Positions 19,275 through 28,405 are shown, counted from the first letter of the stretch. The stretch: 64,000 nucleotides of DNA from Alphaproteobacteria bacterium (GCA_965205265.1 CBDBGH010000003.1:4832001-4896000), one strand, 5' to 3'. A program made the numbers and translations. The notes: generated by a model not told the origin, from the letters alone.

Positions 19275-19343
19275 TTGACATGTGGTCCGGGCCGGGCTAG
19301 ATTGTGACATGTCACGAGTGGCATGAGACATATCGCATGTCAC
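19275..19343 (+). promoter_or_regulatory. Sigma70 promoter with overlapping palindromic operator
   Basis: TTGACA 19275-19280, 17-bp spacer, TAGATT 19298-19303; perfect palindrome GTGACATGTCAC 19304-19315; further TGACAT/ATGTCA half-sites. Confidence 0.7.
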
Positions 19344-19991
19344 GGAAGAGGTCTGGAGAGCCGGGTTTTGGCGGCCGAAACGGAAGACAGGGCCACCGAG
19401 GGCGCGACAGTGCGCAAACGCCGTCATCGCGAACGGATGATGGCCCGGGGTCTTGTTCCGGTCCAGATCTGGGTTCCGAAGGAAAGGCGGTCCCTGGTAA
19501 GGCGCCTCGGGCATCTGTTGCGCGAGGGGGCCGAAATCCCGTGGGCTGCCCTGAGTGACGTAAACCCCGAAGGAGAAACGGGAATGAAACTCGAACTGCT
19601 GAGCGAGAGCCTCCAGGATCACGTCTCGGAGGGCGGCTATCGCTTTCGCTGCGAAGCGAACGGCAAGGCGGAGGACGGCATTATCGTGACCGTCGAGGAT
19701 CGGGACGAGTTCCCGATCACGGTCACGGAGGACGGCGAGCACCTGCTCTGCCTCGTCCATCTGTGGCACAAGGACGAGGTCCCGGCGGAGAAGAGGCCGG
19801 GACTGGACGAGCGGCTCCTGACGCTCAATCCGAGCATGCCGCTTTCCGCGTTCGGGAGAGTCGGCGACGCCTATGTGATGTTCGGCTCCCTCGCGGCGGA
19901 ATCGAAGTTCAGCAACATCGTCAAGGAACTCGAAACCCTGAGCGAGAACTCGATCGAGGCGGTCGGCGCCGTCTCCGAGTATCTCGTCTGA
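19323..19991 (+). CDS. YjfI/DUF2170-like protein with basic N-terminal DNA-binding-like extension
   Basis: C-part LLTLNPSMPLSAFG...YVMFGSLAAES...ELETLSEN; N-part RKRRHRERMMARGLVPVQIWVP; alternative start 19584 with RBS. Confidence 0.75.
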   Translation: MRHIACHGRGLESRVLAAETEDRATEGATVRKRRHRERMMARGLVPVQIWVPKERRSLVRRLGHLLREGAEIPWAALSDVNPEGETGMKLELLSESLQDHVSEGGYRFRCEANGKAEDGIIVTVEDRDEFPITVTEDGEHLLCLVHLWHKDEVPAEKRPGLDERLLTLNPSMPLSAFGRVGDAYVMFGSLAAESKFSNIVKELETLSENSIEAVGAVSEYLV

Positions 19992-20012
19992 CCGGAAGGA
20001 CGGACAGGAATC

Positions 20013-20729
20013 ATGAAAGGCATCATCTCGAAGCTCTTCACGGCCGCGCGCGGCGCGGCGACCGAAGTCGGCGAGGGAATCGTCGATGCGAACGCGGAGC
20101 GCATCCTGGACCAGGAGATGCGCGAGGCCACAGAGGAACTCGACCGGGCGAAAGGCAGTCTCGCGACCCTGATGGGTGAACGGACCGGCGTTGCCCGGCA
20201 GGTCGATGCGCTCAGGGCCAACATCGCCGAGTATGAGGAAACCGCGATGTCCGCCATGGACAAGGGCAATGACGGTCTGGCCACCAGGGTCGCCGACCGC
20301 ATCGGGGAACTCGAGCAGGACCTCTCGGCGAAGGAGGATGCCCTGCGCCAATACGACGAGTCGATCAGGAATACCAGGCAGGCCATCCGGACCAGCGAAA
20401 ACAGCCTCTCGACCCTGCGCCGGCAGGTGTCGGTCGTGAAGGCGACCGAGCGGGCGCAGCAGGTCAGCGCTTCGGTGGCGGCCCGGTATTCGGGGACCTC
20501 GTCCAAGATGGGATCGGCGAAGGAGTCGCTGAAGCGGATCCAGGAACGCCAGCAGAAACGCGCCGACACGATGGCGGCCGCAGAGCAGCTGGCGGACGAG
20601 GAAAGCGGCGGCGACCTCGACCGCGAGATCCGGGAGTTCGAGCGTAAAGGCGGCGGGCGAAGCGGGTCTGCCGTCCTCGACCGCCTTCGCGCGCGGAAGG
20701 CCGCAACGGAGACCGAAGGCGCCGAATGA
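20013..20729 (+). CDS. pspA: PspA/IM30 family protein (YjfJ-like)
   Basis: SKLFTAARG...EGIVDANAERILDQEMRE; long coiled coil; SAKESLKRIQERQ; SAVLDRLRARK. Confidence 0.9.
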   Translation: MKGIISKLFTAARGAATEVGEGIVDANAERILDQEMREATEELDRAKGSLATLMGERTGVARQVDALRANIAEYEETAMSAMDKGNDGLATRVADRIGELEQDLSAKEDALRQYDESIRNTRQAIRTSENSLSTLRRQVSVVKATERAQQVSASVAARYSGTSSKMGSAKESLKRIQERQQKRADTMAAAEQLADEESGGDLDREIREFERKGGGRSGSAVLDRLRARKAATETEGAE

Positions 20730-20735
20730 CGGTCG

Positions 20736-20768
20736 GACAGGACGCGCCCGCACCGGGCGCGTCCTGTC
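20736..20768 (+). terminator. 15-bp stem-loop after pspA (terminator or mRNA stabiliser)
   Basis: GACAGGACGCGCCCG-CAC-CGGGCGCGTCCTGTC; no strong U-tract. Confidence 0.6.
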
Positions 20769-20813
20769 TGGACTTCCGCTTTCTGTTCGAGCTGAAACGG
20801 CTGGAGTGCGGCA

Positions 20814-21788
20814 ATGGCCGAGCAGGCCGCGACTGTGGAGCCGAAAGCCTGGGAACTTCATCCGGGTGATTTCCTGCGGCTTGGTTTTTCCGCCCCGGAA
20901 GGACTGCGGGACACAAATCTCCAGGTTACCGGAATCCATGGCGTGGTTCTCGGAGAGGGCATTCCGGTTCGACGCGTGGTTGAGCTGGACTCGGGCACCG
21001 TCCTGGGCTTCGAACGTTTTCTGTGGCGCGAGGCGGATGATCGATTTGCCGTTGCGCGGCAGGTGACCAGAGAGGAAGTCAGCGGCCTGTTCGGCCCGAA
21101 GCGGGCCGAACAACTGTATTCCGGCGCCCGGGACGGCGGCGACGCCGGGCCGCAGGGGATCCGGCGCAGGAAAGTGCTGGATGGCTTCGGCGGATGGACC
21201 GGGCCCTGCTACTGGCCGGACATGGAGATACAGGGGTGGCGCTTGGGCGCGGACCCGGACCGCGAGGATCTGCGGCAGGCTGTCGAGACGCTGCGTATGT
21301 CCGGCGAGACGCGCCGGAACCGGCGCCCGCAAGCGGTGTCGTTCGGTTTCCGGCGGCTGCTGTCGGGCGATGGCGCTCGTGCCCTGGAGGTTTATCTGCA
21401 TGAGGGCGGCCGGACGGAAATGTGCGTCGTTTCCTTTCTGCATCCGCGTCATATCGAGGAAATCGTCAGGCGGGAGCCCGTCGCGGCGCCGAAGTCGGAG
21501 AATCCGGGCCCTCATGGAAACATCCACGCCGGACAGAGGTCGTCCGCGTCGACATACAGCCGCCCGCCGGTGATGGACCGCGGCCGTTTCACCCTGATGG
21601 AGGTGCTTCTGGCACTCGGCATTGTCGGACTGATCGTCGGCGGCGGTATTTTGCTGTATTCGGCGGCGAAGGAGCGGCATGAGGCCCGACTGATCGAAAG
21701 GGAGAGGGAACGGGCCGGGCAGATCGCGCTCCCGCCTCCGCCGTCGATCAAGTCCTCTCCTCTGCACCTGGTGCCGAGCGGAGATTGA
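20814..21788 (+). CDS. YjfK/DUF2491-like protein with C-terminal pilin-like TM segment
   Basis: Paralog of next gene (AWELHPGDFLRLG...PEGL; ALEVYLHEGGRTE); C-term RGRFTLMEVLLALGIVGLIVGG. Family name partly from operon context. Confidence 0.6.
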   Translation: MAEQAATVEPKAWELHPGDFLRLGFSAPEGLRDTNLQVTGIHGVVLGEGIPVRRVVELDSGTVLGFERFLWREADDRFAVARQVTREEVSGLFGPKRAEQLYSGARDGGDAGPQGIRRRKVLDGFGGWTGPCYWPDMEIQGWRLGADPDREDLRQAVETLRMSGETRRNRRPQAVSFGFRRLLSGDGARALEVYLHEGGRTEMCVVSFLHPRHIEEIVRREPVAAPKSENPGPHGNIHAGQRSSASTYSRPPVMDRGRFTLMEVLLALGIVGLIVGGGILLYSAAKERHEARLIERERERAGQIALPPPPSIKSSPLHLVPSGD

Positions 21789-22456
21789 GCGCCGAAGCGC
21801 TGAATGAGGAGCGGAAGGGGTTTCGAATGTTGAGACGGTTTTTCGGCAAAGGACGCGACGAAAGACCCCGTCGTTCGCCCGCGGAACATGCCTGGGAAAT
21901 CGGCGTGGGCGGCTTCATGAAATTCGGGCTCTTGGCGCCACCCGAGGGTCTTGCCGAGGCGGACGTCGTTGTGAAGGCCGTGCATGCCCTGCATTTGGAT
22001 GAGGGCCATATTCGCCGGGTTCTCGAGGCGGAGGTCGTGGGCCTGGGTCCGCTGGCGATATGGAAGGGCGATGGCGGGCGGTTGGCCGTTGCCCGGCCGG
22101 CGCTGGTCACGGTGATGGAGCAGGCTTTCGGCAGGAAGAAGCTCAGGAAGCTCGTCGAGGGTGACGGTTTTTCCCTGGCCGCGAAGAGGACTCCGCCCGG
22201 ATTCGGCGGCTGGTTGTCGGGGAAGACCTACCGGCAGGAGGCCGCCCGCGAGGCGTACCGTCACGAGTGCGACCCGGAAGAGACGGAGATCGGAAGCGGC
22301 CTGGAAGGCGCGACGGCATTCGACTTCTACCGCCTTGTATCGGACGAACGAAGCCATGCGGTGGAGATCCAGGTCCATGACGGCGGGCGGACGGAAGCAA
22401 GGCTTGTGGCGCTGCTCGAGGAGCGGCATGTAGAGGAATTCCTGCCCGGAAGCTGA
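21785..22456 (+). CDS. YjfK/DUF2491-like protein
   Basis: MLRRFFGK start; FDFYRLVSDERSHAVEIQVHDGGRTE; position after pspA. Confidence 0.65.
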   Translation: MSAEALNEERKGFRMLRRFFGKGRDERPRRSPAEHAWEIGVGGFMKFGLLAPPEGLAEADVVVKAVHALHLDEGHIRRVLEAEVVGLGPLAIWKGDGGRLAVARPALVTVMEQAFGRKKLRKLVEGDGFSLAAKRTPPGFGGWLSGKTYRQEAAREAYRHECDPEETEIGSGLEGATAFDFYRLVSDERSHAVEIQVHDGGRTEARLVALLEERHVEEFLPGS

Positions 22457-22690
22457 GGGCGGACAGAGGAAGGGTGAGGCGATATGGTCGGAAGTGCAGG
22501 TAGGCCGGGCAGGCATCCAGTCGTCCCGGGCTGGCCGTCCGATGGCGGCCGTATTGTGCCGCGGGACATCGTTGACGATCTGCGGGGAGACAGAAGGCCC
22601 CGGCCGTCGCCGGAGGAGGCCGCGGAAGAGGCGGCCGCCCGGATAATCCAGGCGGTCCGGGAAGGCGCGGATCGGTAACGGCGTTTCTGC

Positions 22691-22780
22691 GGGCAGGTGG
22701 CAGAGCGGTCGAATGCACCGGCCCGGAAAGCCGGCGTGGGCTGAGGTCCACCGAGGGTTCGAATCCCTCCCTGCCCGCCA
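22691..22780 (+). tRNA. tRNA-Ser(GGA)
   Basis: Acceptor GGGCAGG/CCTGCCC, G73, encoded CCA; anticodon arm CCGGC-CCGGAAA-GCCGG; long variable arm; GGTTCGAATCC. Confidence 0.92.
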
Positions 22781-22821
22781 GGAAACGCCATTTTCGCATC
22801 GGCATCGTGCGGCCAGTCCGT

Positions 22822-23535
22822 TTACGGCTGCGGGGTCTCGTCTGTCCCCGCTTCGGCCTCCCGGCGCGCTTCGTCGATCAGAATGCCGAGTTCGTCGCCC
22901 CGGGCGCGGTAGGCGAGTTCGACGGCGTCGCGGATGAACTCCGGCGTGCAGAGTGGCAGGACGGCGGAGGCGTCCCGGCGCGTTTCGGGTCCGTCGGAGT
23001 GCTGGAGGTCGAGGATCTCGGCGTGGAGCGTCCTGTCCCGGCCGACGTCGAGACGCCACATCTCGGTTGCGCCGATCTCGCGGTAGATGATCGGCTTGTC
23101 CGGGTTGTCGCTGTTTCTCTCGACCTCGATAACAAGGTCGGGCGGGGTTGCGGCCTCGAAGGCGTCCTGCGCTTCGGGTCCGTCGTCGCAGGCGCGGGTC
23201 CAAGCGTCGGCGCTGGGCCCGATCCAGAAGCAGGCGTCGGGCTCGCTGCCGGAGTTCGGGGGATCGTCGGGCCGACGCTTCCAGCGCGTCGCGCCACGCG
23301 CAGCATACCGGATACCGAAGGCGTCGCCGATCTTGCCGACGGCGATATTCGTGCCGTGGGCGTAGCCTTCATGAAGGCCCGAGGGGGACATGAGTTCGAT
23401 AAGCCCGGTGACAGGATCGACAAGGACGCGCCTTGCGATGGTGTTCCAGTCGATGCCGGCCATGAACGGGATTTCCGAGGGCGGGACCCGGAGGGTGCGG
23501 AAAACAGACCCCATGCTGCCGGTCGTGACGTCCAT
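22822..23535 (-). CDS. Uma2 family (DUF820) PD-(D/E)XK endonuclease
   Basis: LIELMSPSGLHE, SEPDACFWIG, PPDLVIEVE, IYREIGATEMWRLD. Confidence 0.85.
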   Translation of the reverse strand: MDVTTGSMGSVFRTLRVPPSEIPFMAGIDWNTIARRVLVDPVTGLIELMSPSGLHEGYAHGTNIAVGKIGDAFGIRYAARGATRWKRRPDDPPNSGSEPDACFWIGPSADAWTRACDDGPEAQDAFEAATPPDLVIEVERNSDNPDKPIIYREIGATEMWRLDVGRDRTLHAEILDLQHSDGPETRRDASAVLPLCTPEFIRDAVELAYRARGDELGILIDEARREAEAGTDETPQP

Positions 23536-23751
23536 GGCGTGTCTCCCCAGCGATGAGCAGGTGCATTGTAGCACGGCGGGCCGGCGGCGGGATCGCGGGC
23601 ATGATGCAGCGCTTCCGCATGACGACAGCGGGACAGTCGAGAGCCTGAGCGATGCGGTAGAAGCGGGACGACATCGCAGATCCCGTTCGGCTGGACACAA
23701 GCCGGTGAGTGACACAGTTTATGGAGAAGGATATGAACACGTTGGGGCTTA

Positions 23752-25072
23752 CAAAGGTAAGTTGACATTGCCGTGTATCGTATCCAGTTCGGCCGCATGA
23801 GCGAGGTCTTCACGCACCGTCAGGTGGTATTCCGGCTTCTGCCGGGCCGCCGGTCCGTTTGGCGGCGTCTGGAGCGGGTTCTGGAGGCGCAGCGGCAGTT
23901 GTACAACGCCGCCCTTCAGGAACGCTGCGACGCCTGGCGTCTGGCCGGGCGGTCGCTCTCCTATATCGACCAGGCGAAGAGCCTGACGGTGTGCCGCCGG
24001 GAGGACCCCGAGATGGCGGCCGTTCCGGTCGCCGTGCAGCGCGGGACGCTGAAGCGCCTGGACGAGGCGATGAAGGGCTTCTTCCGGCGGGTGAAGGCGG
24101 GCCAGAAGCCGGGTTTTCCCCGGTTCCGGTCCCGCCGGCGGTTCGACAGCCTCTCCTTCGTCTCGGGGGTGAGGCTGGAGGACCGGGCCCGGCCCGGCGC
24201 GGACTGCGGGTCCGGCGCGGCCTGCCTGCGCCTTCCGGGTTTCGGCCCGCTTGCGGTCCGCCGGCGGGGCGGCAACCCGCATGGGGATGGCGAGCCGGTC
24301 TCGGCGGTGCTGAAGCGCGAGGCCGGCAAGTGGTACGCCGTGGTCTGCTACCGGGTCCCGGCGCCGGCGGTCCACGAGGATGACGACAGCGTCATCGGGG
24401 TGGACATGAACGCTGGCCAGGTGGCGGCGAGCGGTCCGGGGCCGGAAGCCCGCCTGTTCCATGCCCCGGATACGCGGCGGCTGGAGGCGAGGGCGAAGCG
24501 CCTTGCCCGGCGTCTGGCGCGCCAGAAGCGCGGCTCCGGGCGCCGGGAGCGCACCCGCGCCCGTCTGGCGAAGACGAGGCGGCGCCTTTCCGGGATGCGG
24601 TGCGACTGGCGCCACCATGTCTCGCGGACAGTCGCCGACGCCGCCCATACCGTCGCCGTCGAGGACCTCCGGGTCCGGAACATGACGCGCAGCGCCCGGG
24701 GCACGACAGAGGAGCCGGGCGCCCGGGTCCGGCAGAAGGCCGGGCTCAACCGCGTCATCCTGGCCACGGGATGGGCGGAACTGCGCTTCATGTTCGGCTA
24801 CAAGGCGGGACGGCTGCTCGCGGTCGACCCGGCCCATACCAGCCGGACCTGCGCCGCCTGCGGCCATGTCGATGCCGGCTCGCGGCGTTCGCGGGCCGAA
24901 TTCCAGTGCACGGCCTGCGGCCATGCGGACCATGCCGACGCGAATGCCGGCAGCAACATCCGGCGTCGGGGACTGGCGCTGCTGCACGGGGAGGGGCGTT
25001 CCGGCTTGCGGACCCCTGCGATCCGTGAAAACGCAGGGATGCTGGCGGCATGACGCCGTCAACTCATCTTTG
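23752..25072 (+). mobile_element. Non-autonomous TIR-bounded element carrying only tnpB
   Basis: TIR CAAAGGTAAGTTGAC (23752-23766) vs GTCAACTCATCTTTG (25058-25072), 13/15 match; TA on both sides (23750-51, 25073-74). Confidence 0.75.
23773..25053 (+). CDS. tnpB: RNA-guided endonuclease TnpB
   Basis: RQLYNAAL, KPGFPRFRS, RuvC-I GVDMN, RuvC-II AVEDL, zinc finger CAACGH...CTACGH, RuvC-III HADANAGSNI. Confidence 0.95.
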   Translation: MYRIQFGRMSEVFTHRQVVFRLLPGRRSVWRRLERVLEAQRQLYNAALQERCDAWRLAGRSLSYIDQAKSLTVCRREDPEMAAVPVAVQRGTLKRLDEAMKGFFRRVKAGQKPGFPRFRSRRRFDSLSFVSGVRLEDRARPGADCGSGAACLRLPGFGPLAVRRRGGNPHGDGEPVSAVLKREAGKWYAVVCYRVPAPAVHEDDDSVIGVDMNAGQVAASGPGPEARLFHAPDTRRLEARAKRLARRLARQKRGSGRRERTRARLAKTRRRLSGMRCDWRHHVSRTVADAAHTVAVEDLRVRNMTRSARGTTEEPGARVRQKAGLNRVILATGWAELRFMFGYKAGRLLAVDPAHTSRTCAACGHVDAGSRRSRAEFQCTACGHADHADANAGSNIRRRGLALLHGEGRSGLRTPAIRENAGMLAA

Positions 25073-25207
25073 TAAGGCCCAATGCGTACGACGGATCGAG
25101 GACGCTGGCAGCACCGTCGACAGCATTCGTGCCATCTGCCGGGATGCCCTTGCCGGCTGGGACGACAGGACCGCCATACGTCACTGACACCCGCGAAAGG
25201 ACAACCC

Positions 25208-25420
25208 ATGCCGACCTGGCGCTGCATCGCCTCCTACGCGATCTACTACATCGCCTGCGCTCTCGAGCCGGTCTTTCTTTCCCCGCCGGTCCTCATGATC
25301 GGCGGCTACCGGGCCTGGAACGCCCTGATGGGCTGGTCAGCCGATATGCAGGGACCGAACGACGCCCCGGGCCCCTGGGGGGTGCCCGATACCGAAACTC
25401 CGCAAGGAGACCCGTGTTGA
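25208..25420 (+). CDS. Small hypothetical membrane protein
   Basis: RBS AAAGGA before ATG; hydrophobic stretch. Confidence 0.35.
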   Translation: MPTWRCIASYAIYYIACALEPVFLSPPVLMIGGYRAWNALMGWSADMQGPNDAPGPWGVPDTETPQGDPC

Positions 25421-25508
25421 TCCCCGCAACAACCATATTATGGCTTTACTACGGTGGCCTGAACGGCGCCCTGCTGTACCTGGCCTGGGTGAAGAAGGAC
25501 CCCGGCGC

Positions 25509-26159
25509 ATGACAAATGCCTCCGAGCACGCCCCACATCTCCCGCTGCTGGCTCCCCACCCCGACAGCCCGGACGGCCCCGAGGCCTTGCATCTCATCGA
25601 CAGGCGGACCGGCAAGACCGTCATCCGCTGCACCGATGCCGCTATCCGCGACTGGCTCCTCGAGGCGCCGTCCCTCCTGGCCCGTCTGCATGCACATAAC
25701 CGCATTCTGACCGAGGCGCTCCGCGGCGCCGAGCAGCTGCTGGAACTATACGGCCGCAGCCCCGGCGGTGACCGCGCCCAGGGGACACAAACTGCCGCCG
25801 CCGATCCGGCCAACTCCGGAAACCTCTTGCAGACGCTCAGGGCTGCGAGCCTGCCCTTCCAGGTCGTCTCGCTGGAAGAACCCGATCTGGTCGCCGACGG
25901 CCGCTGGTTCGCCTGTTCGGACGGCCGTTTCGAGGTCACGGTGATGTCCGCCACCGATGTCGGCGTAGCCGCCCGGACAATGCGCAAGATGCTCGCCTCC
26001 GACAGGCTCGCCCAAGCTCTCCGGGAGGCGGAAACGGCCTTCATGGTCGATCTCGACCGCGACGTGCCGTTCCCCGACGAAAAACAATTCGCGGTCGCAG
26101 ACACCGTCCATGCCCTGCTCGCCGAATACGAGCAGCAGACCGGCGCCCAGCAGCCATGA
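25509..26159 (+). CDS. Hypothetical protein
   Basis: ATGA overlaps at both ends; coupled to dgt. Confidence 0.6.
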   Translation: MTNASEHAPHLPLLAPHPDSPDGPEALHLIDRRTGKTVIRCTDAAIRDWLLEAPSLLARLHAHNRILTEALRGAEQLLELYGRSPGGDRAQGTQTAAADPANSGNLLQTLRAASLPFQVVSLEEPDLVADGRWFACSDGRFEVTVMSATDVGVAARTMRKMLASDRLAQALREAETAFMVDLDRDVPFPDEKQFAVADTVHALLAEYEQQTGAQQP

Positions 26160-27319
26160 ACGCTCCGCTCGCGCCCTATGCCTCCCTGCCCCCCGACAGC
26201 CGGGGGCGACGCTGGCCGGAGCCTGAAGCCGGCGACCGCTCCCCGTTCCAGCGCGACCGCGACCGCATCCTCCATTCCGCCGCCTTCCGACGGCTCCAGT
26301 ACAAGACCCAGGTCTTCATATGCGTCGAGGGCGATCACTACCGCAGCCGTCTGACGCATTCGCTTGAGGTCGGCCAGATCGCGCGCGGCATCTGCCGGAG
26401 CCTTTCGCTCGATGAAACGCTGGCGGAAACCCTGGCGCTCGCGCACGACCTCGGACATACCCCCTTCGGCCATGCCGGCGAAAGGGCGCTCAATGCCGCG
26501 CTCGGAGGCTTCGGAGGCTTCGATCACAATGTGCAGACCCTGCGCATTGTCACCCGGCTGGAAGCCCGCTACGCCGCCTTCAACGGCCTCAACCTGACCT
26601 GGGAGACGCTGGAAGGACTTGCCAAACACAACGGGCCGTTCGCACCCGGTGCCGTTCCCGCACCCGTTGCGAACCTGGACCGGGAAATGGAACTCCGGCT
26701 TGAGGAGTGGCCGGGCCTGGAAGCGCAAGCGGCGGCGCTGGCCGACGACATCGCCTACAACAACCACGATATCGACGATGGCGTGCGCGCCGGCCTGATA
26801 GGCCTCGACGACCTGCGCGAGCTGCCGCTCTTCGGCCCGGCGCTGGGCGAAGTCGAGGCGTGCTACGGACCATTGCCGCCGGCGCGCCTTATCCACGAAA
26901 CCGTGCGCCGGGGCGTGCGGGCCATGGTGGCGGACGCGGTTGACGAAACCAGACGGCGGCTCGCCGAAGAGCGCCCGAACACCGCCGACGATGTGCGCCG
27001 GGCAGGCCGGCCGCTGGTCGCCTTCTCCGACGCCATGGCGAACACGGAACACGCGATCAAGACCTTCCTGCACAAGCATCTCTACCGCCATCCGAGCGTG
27101 GAGGCGGAAGCCGGTCCGGCGCGTGGCGCGGTCACGGACCTGTTCGCAACGCTCTCCGGCCGCCCCTCGGCACTGCCCCCGGCGTGGCGGGGCTGCACGG
27201 ACGGCGCCAATACCTGCCGGACCGCGCGCGTCGTCGCGGACTATATCGCCGGCATGACCGACCGATACGCCTTCCGCGAGCATGCCCGCCTGTGCAATGG
27301 AGATCCTCGACAACGATGA
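26156..27319 (+). CDS. dgt: dGTP triphosphohydrolase-like HD protein
   Basis: RSPFQRDRDRILHSAAFRRLQYKTQV, RSRLTHSLEV, LAHDLGHTPFGHAGE, DDIAYNNHDIDDG, DYIAGMTDRYA. Confidence 0.95.
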   Translation: MNAPLAPYASLPPDSRGRRWPEPEAGDRSPFQRDRDRILHSAAFRRLQYKTQVFICVEGDHYRSRLTHSLEVGQIARGICRSLSLDETLAETLALAHDLGHTPFGHAGERALNAALGGFGGFDHNVQTLRIVTRLEARYAAFNGLNLTWETLEGLAKHNGPFAPGAVPAPVANLDREMELRLEEWPGLEAQAAALADDIAYNNHDIDDGVRAGLIGLDDLRELPLFGPALGEVEACYGPLPPARLIHETVRRGVRAMVADAVDETRRRLAEERPNTADDVRRAGRPLVAFSDAMANTEHAIKTFLHKHLYRHPSVEAEAGPARGAVTDLFATLSGRPSALPPAWRGCTDGANTCRTARVVADYIAGMTDRYAFREHARLCNGDPRQR

Positions 27320-27530
27320 ATGTCCGGATGTGCGCCGGACGGAAGCCGATACAGGTCCCAGGACAGGCACGAGGAAAAATGAGGTGAAGTTTCAAATTCA
27401 GCCATTCATGCTCGCACTCGGTGCAGTCGTCGGGCATTGGGGCGGCACGCACGGCGTCGCAATATGCCTTTTCGTCTGGATTTTCCTTTCAGCGCTTCTT
27501 CTGGCGCGCCGCTGGCGCTGGTTCTGAAGG

Positions 27531-27827
27531 ATGGTCACTCAAGTGGAACCCAGGTTCCCCCACATGGCAGGCCCGCCGGACCGCCTCTACGCCCATCCGA
27601 CAAAGGCAGGGGCCGGCACCGTGGTCTGGCACTATAACGACCGCCCGAGCGAAGGGGCGGTCGCCTTCATCCCCGAAACCCATTATCTGAAGGTCGCCCA
27701 AGCCGCCCGTGAGGCCCTCTCGCTCATGGAACAATGCACCTGGAGCCCCACAGTGTCCGGAACGCGCCAGAAGGCTCTGCATGCTCGCCTGAAGGCTCTT
27801 TCCGCCGATCTGGACACCCCCGCATGA
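27531..27827 (+). CDS. Hypothetical protein
   Basis: 98-aa ORF in a run of tightly packed same-strand small ORFs. Confidence 0.45.
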   Translation: MVTQVEPRFPHMAGPPDRLYAHPTKAGAGTVVWHYNDRPSEGAVAFIPETHYLKVAQAAREALSLMEQCTWSPTVSGTRQKALHARLKALSADLDTPA

Positions 27828-27907
27828 CGACCCCCGTCTGCACACCAACGGGAAAAACCGTCCACAAGAAGCGGATCGACGATGGCCGGTAAATCGATCA
27901 GGGGGAC

Positions 27908-28141
27908 ATGTCTGGGATGACACGCGAATTGAGAGCCTTCGGAACCCATGTGCTCCTGTTCCAGTTCCTCTGTCTGGCCGGGATGCTCCTGGCGCTTGTC
28001 GCGTTCCTTGCGCCGCAGGAGCTGACCGAACAGTTCCTCATGTGGGTGGCCGTCCTCCTCTGCGCCGAAGCCGCCATCCGCCTGCTCGGCCGCATTGAGC
28101 GGAAATGGCCGCGTCGCGCACCCGACGGCATCGACGAATGA
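27908..28141 (+). CDS. Small membrane protein
   Basis: Two TM-like segments; ATGA-coupled to next ORF. Confidence 0.5.
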   Translation: MSGMTRELRAFGTHVLLFQFLCLAGMLLALVAFLAPQELTEQFLMWVAVLLCAEAAIRLLGRIERKWPRRAPDGIDE

Positions 28142-28359
28142 ATCCCGCCGAGTGGATTACCCTTTTCATCGGGATCCCGGTCATAACCGCGGCCTCGCTC
28201 GGCGCCGGACTGCTGTTCTACGCTTCCGTGCGCCCCTGGCTGACGAACCCCCCTCTCCCGGTTCCGGCCCCCTGGATCAAGGCGGGAGCCGTTGCCAGCG
28301 CCGTTGCTTTTGCCGGGCTGTGCCTTGCCATTGGCCTGGACATCTGGCCGCGGCCCTGA
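28138..28359 (+). CDS. Small membrane protein
   Basis: Two TM-like segments; ATGA-coupled start. Confidence 0.5.
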   Translation: MNPAEWITLFIGIPVITAASLGAGLLFYASVRPWLTNPPLPVPAPWIKAGAVASAVAFAGLCLAIGLDIWPRP

Positions 28360-28405
28360 TTCCGGAATCGCCCTTTCTCCTTTCGGACACGCAACCAGCA
28401 GAGCC

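Noticed and set aside
19068-21767. 899-aa minus-strand ORF and similar long antisense ORFs (e.g. 25337-27370, 38635-40410, 42475-44226)
   Set aside because: Shadow ORFs opposite well-supported genes, expected in high-GC DNA.
22750-22790. tRNA 3' end as an integration att site
   Set aside because: No duplicate of the 3' end and no integrase noticed in the window.
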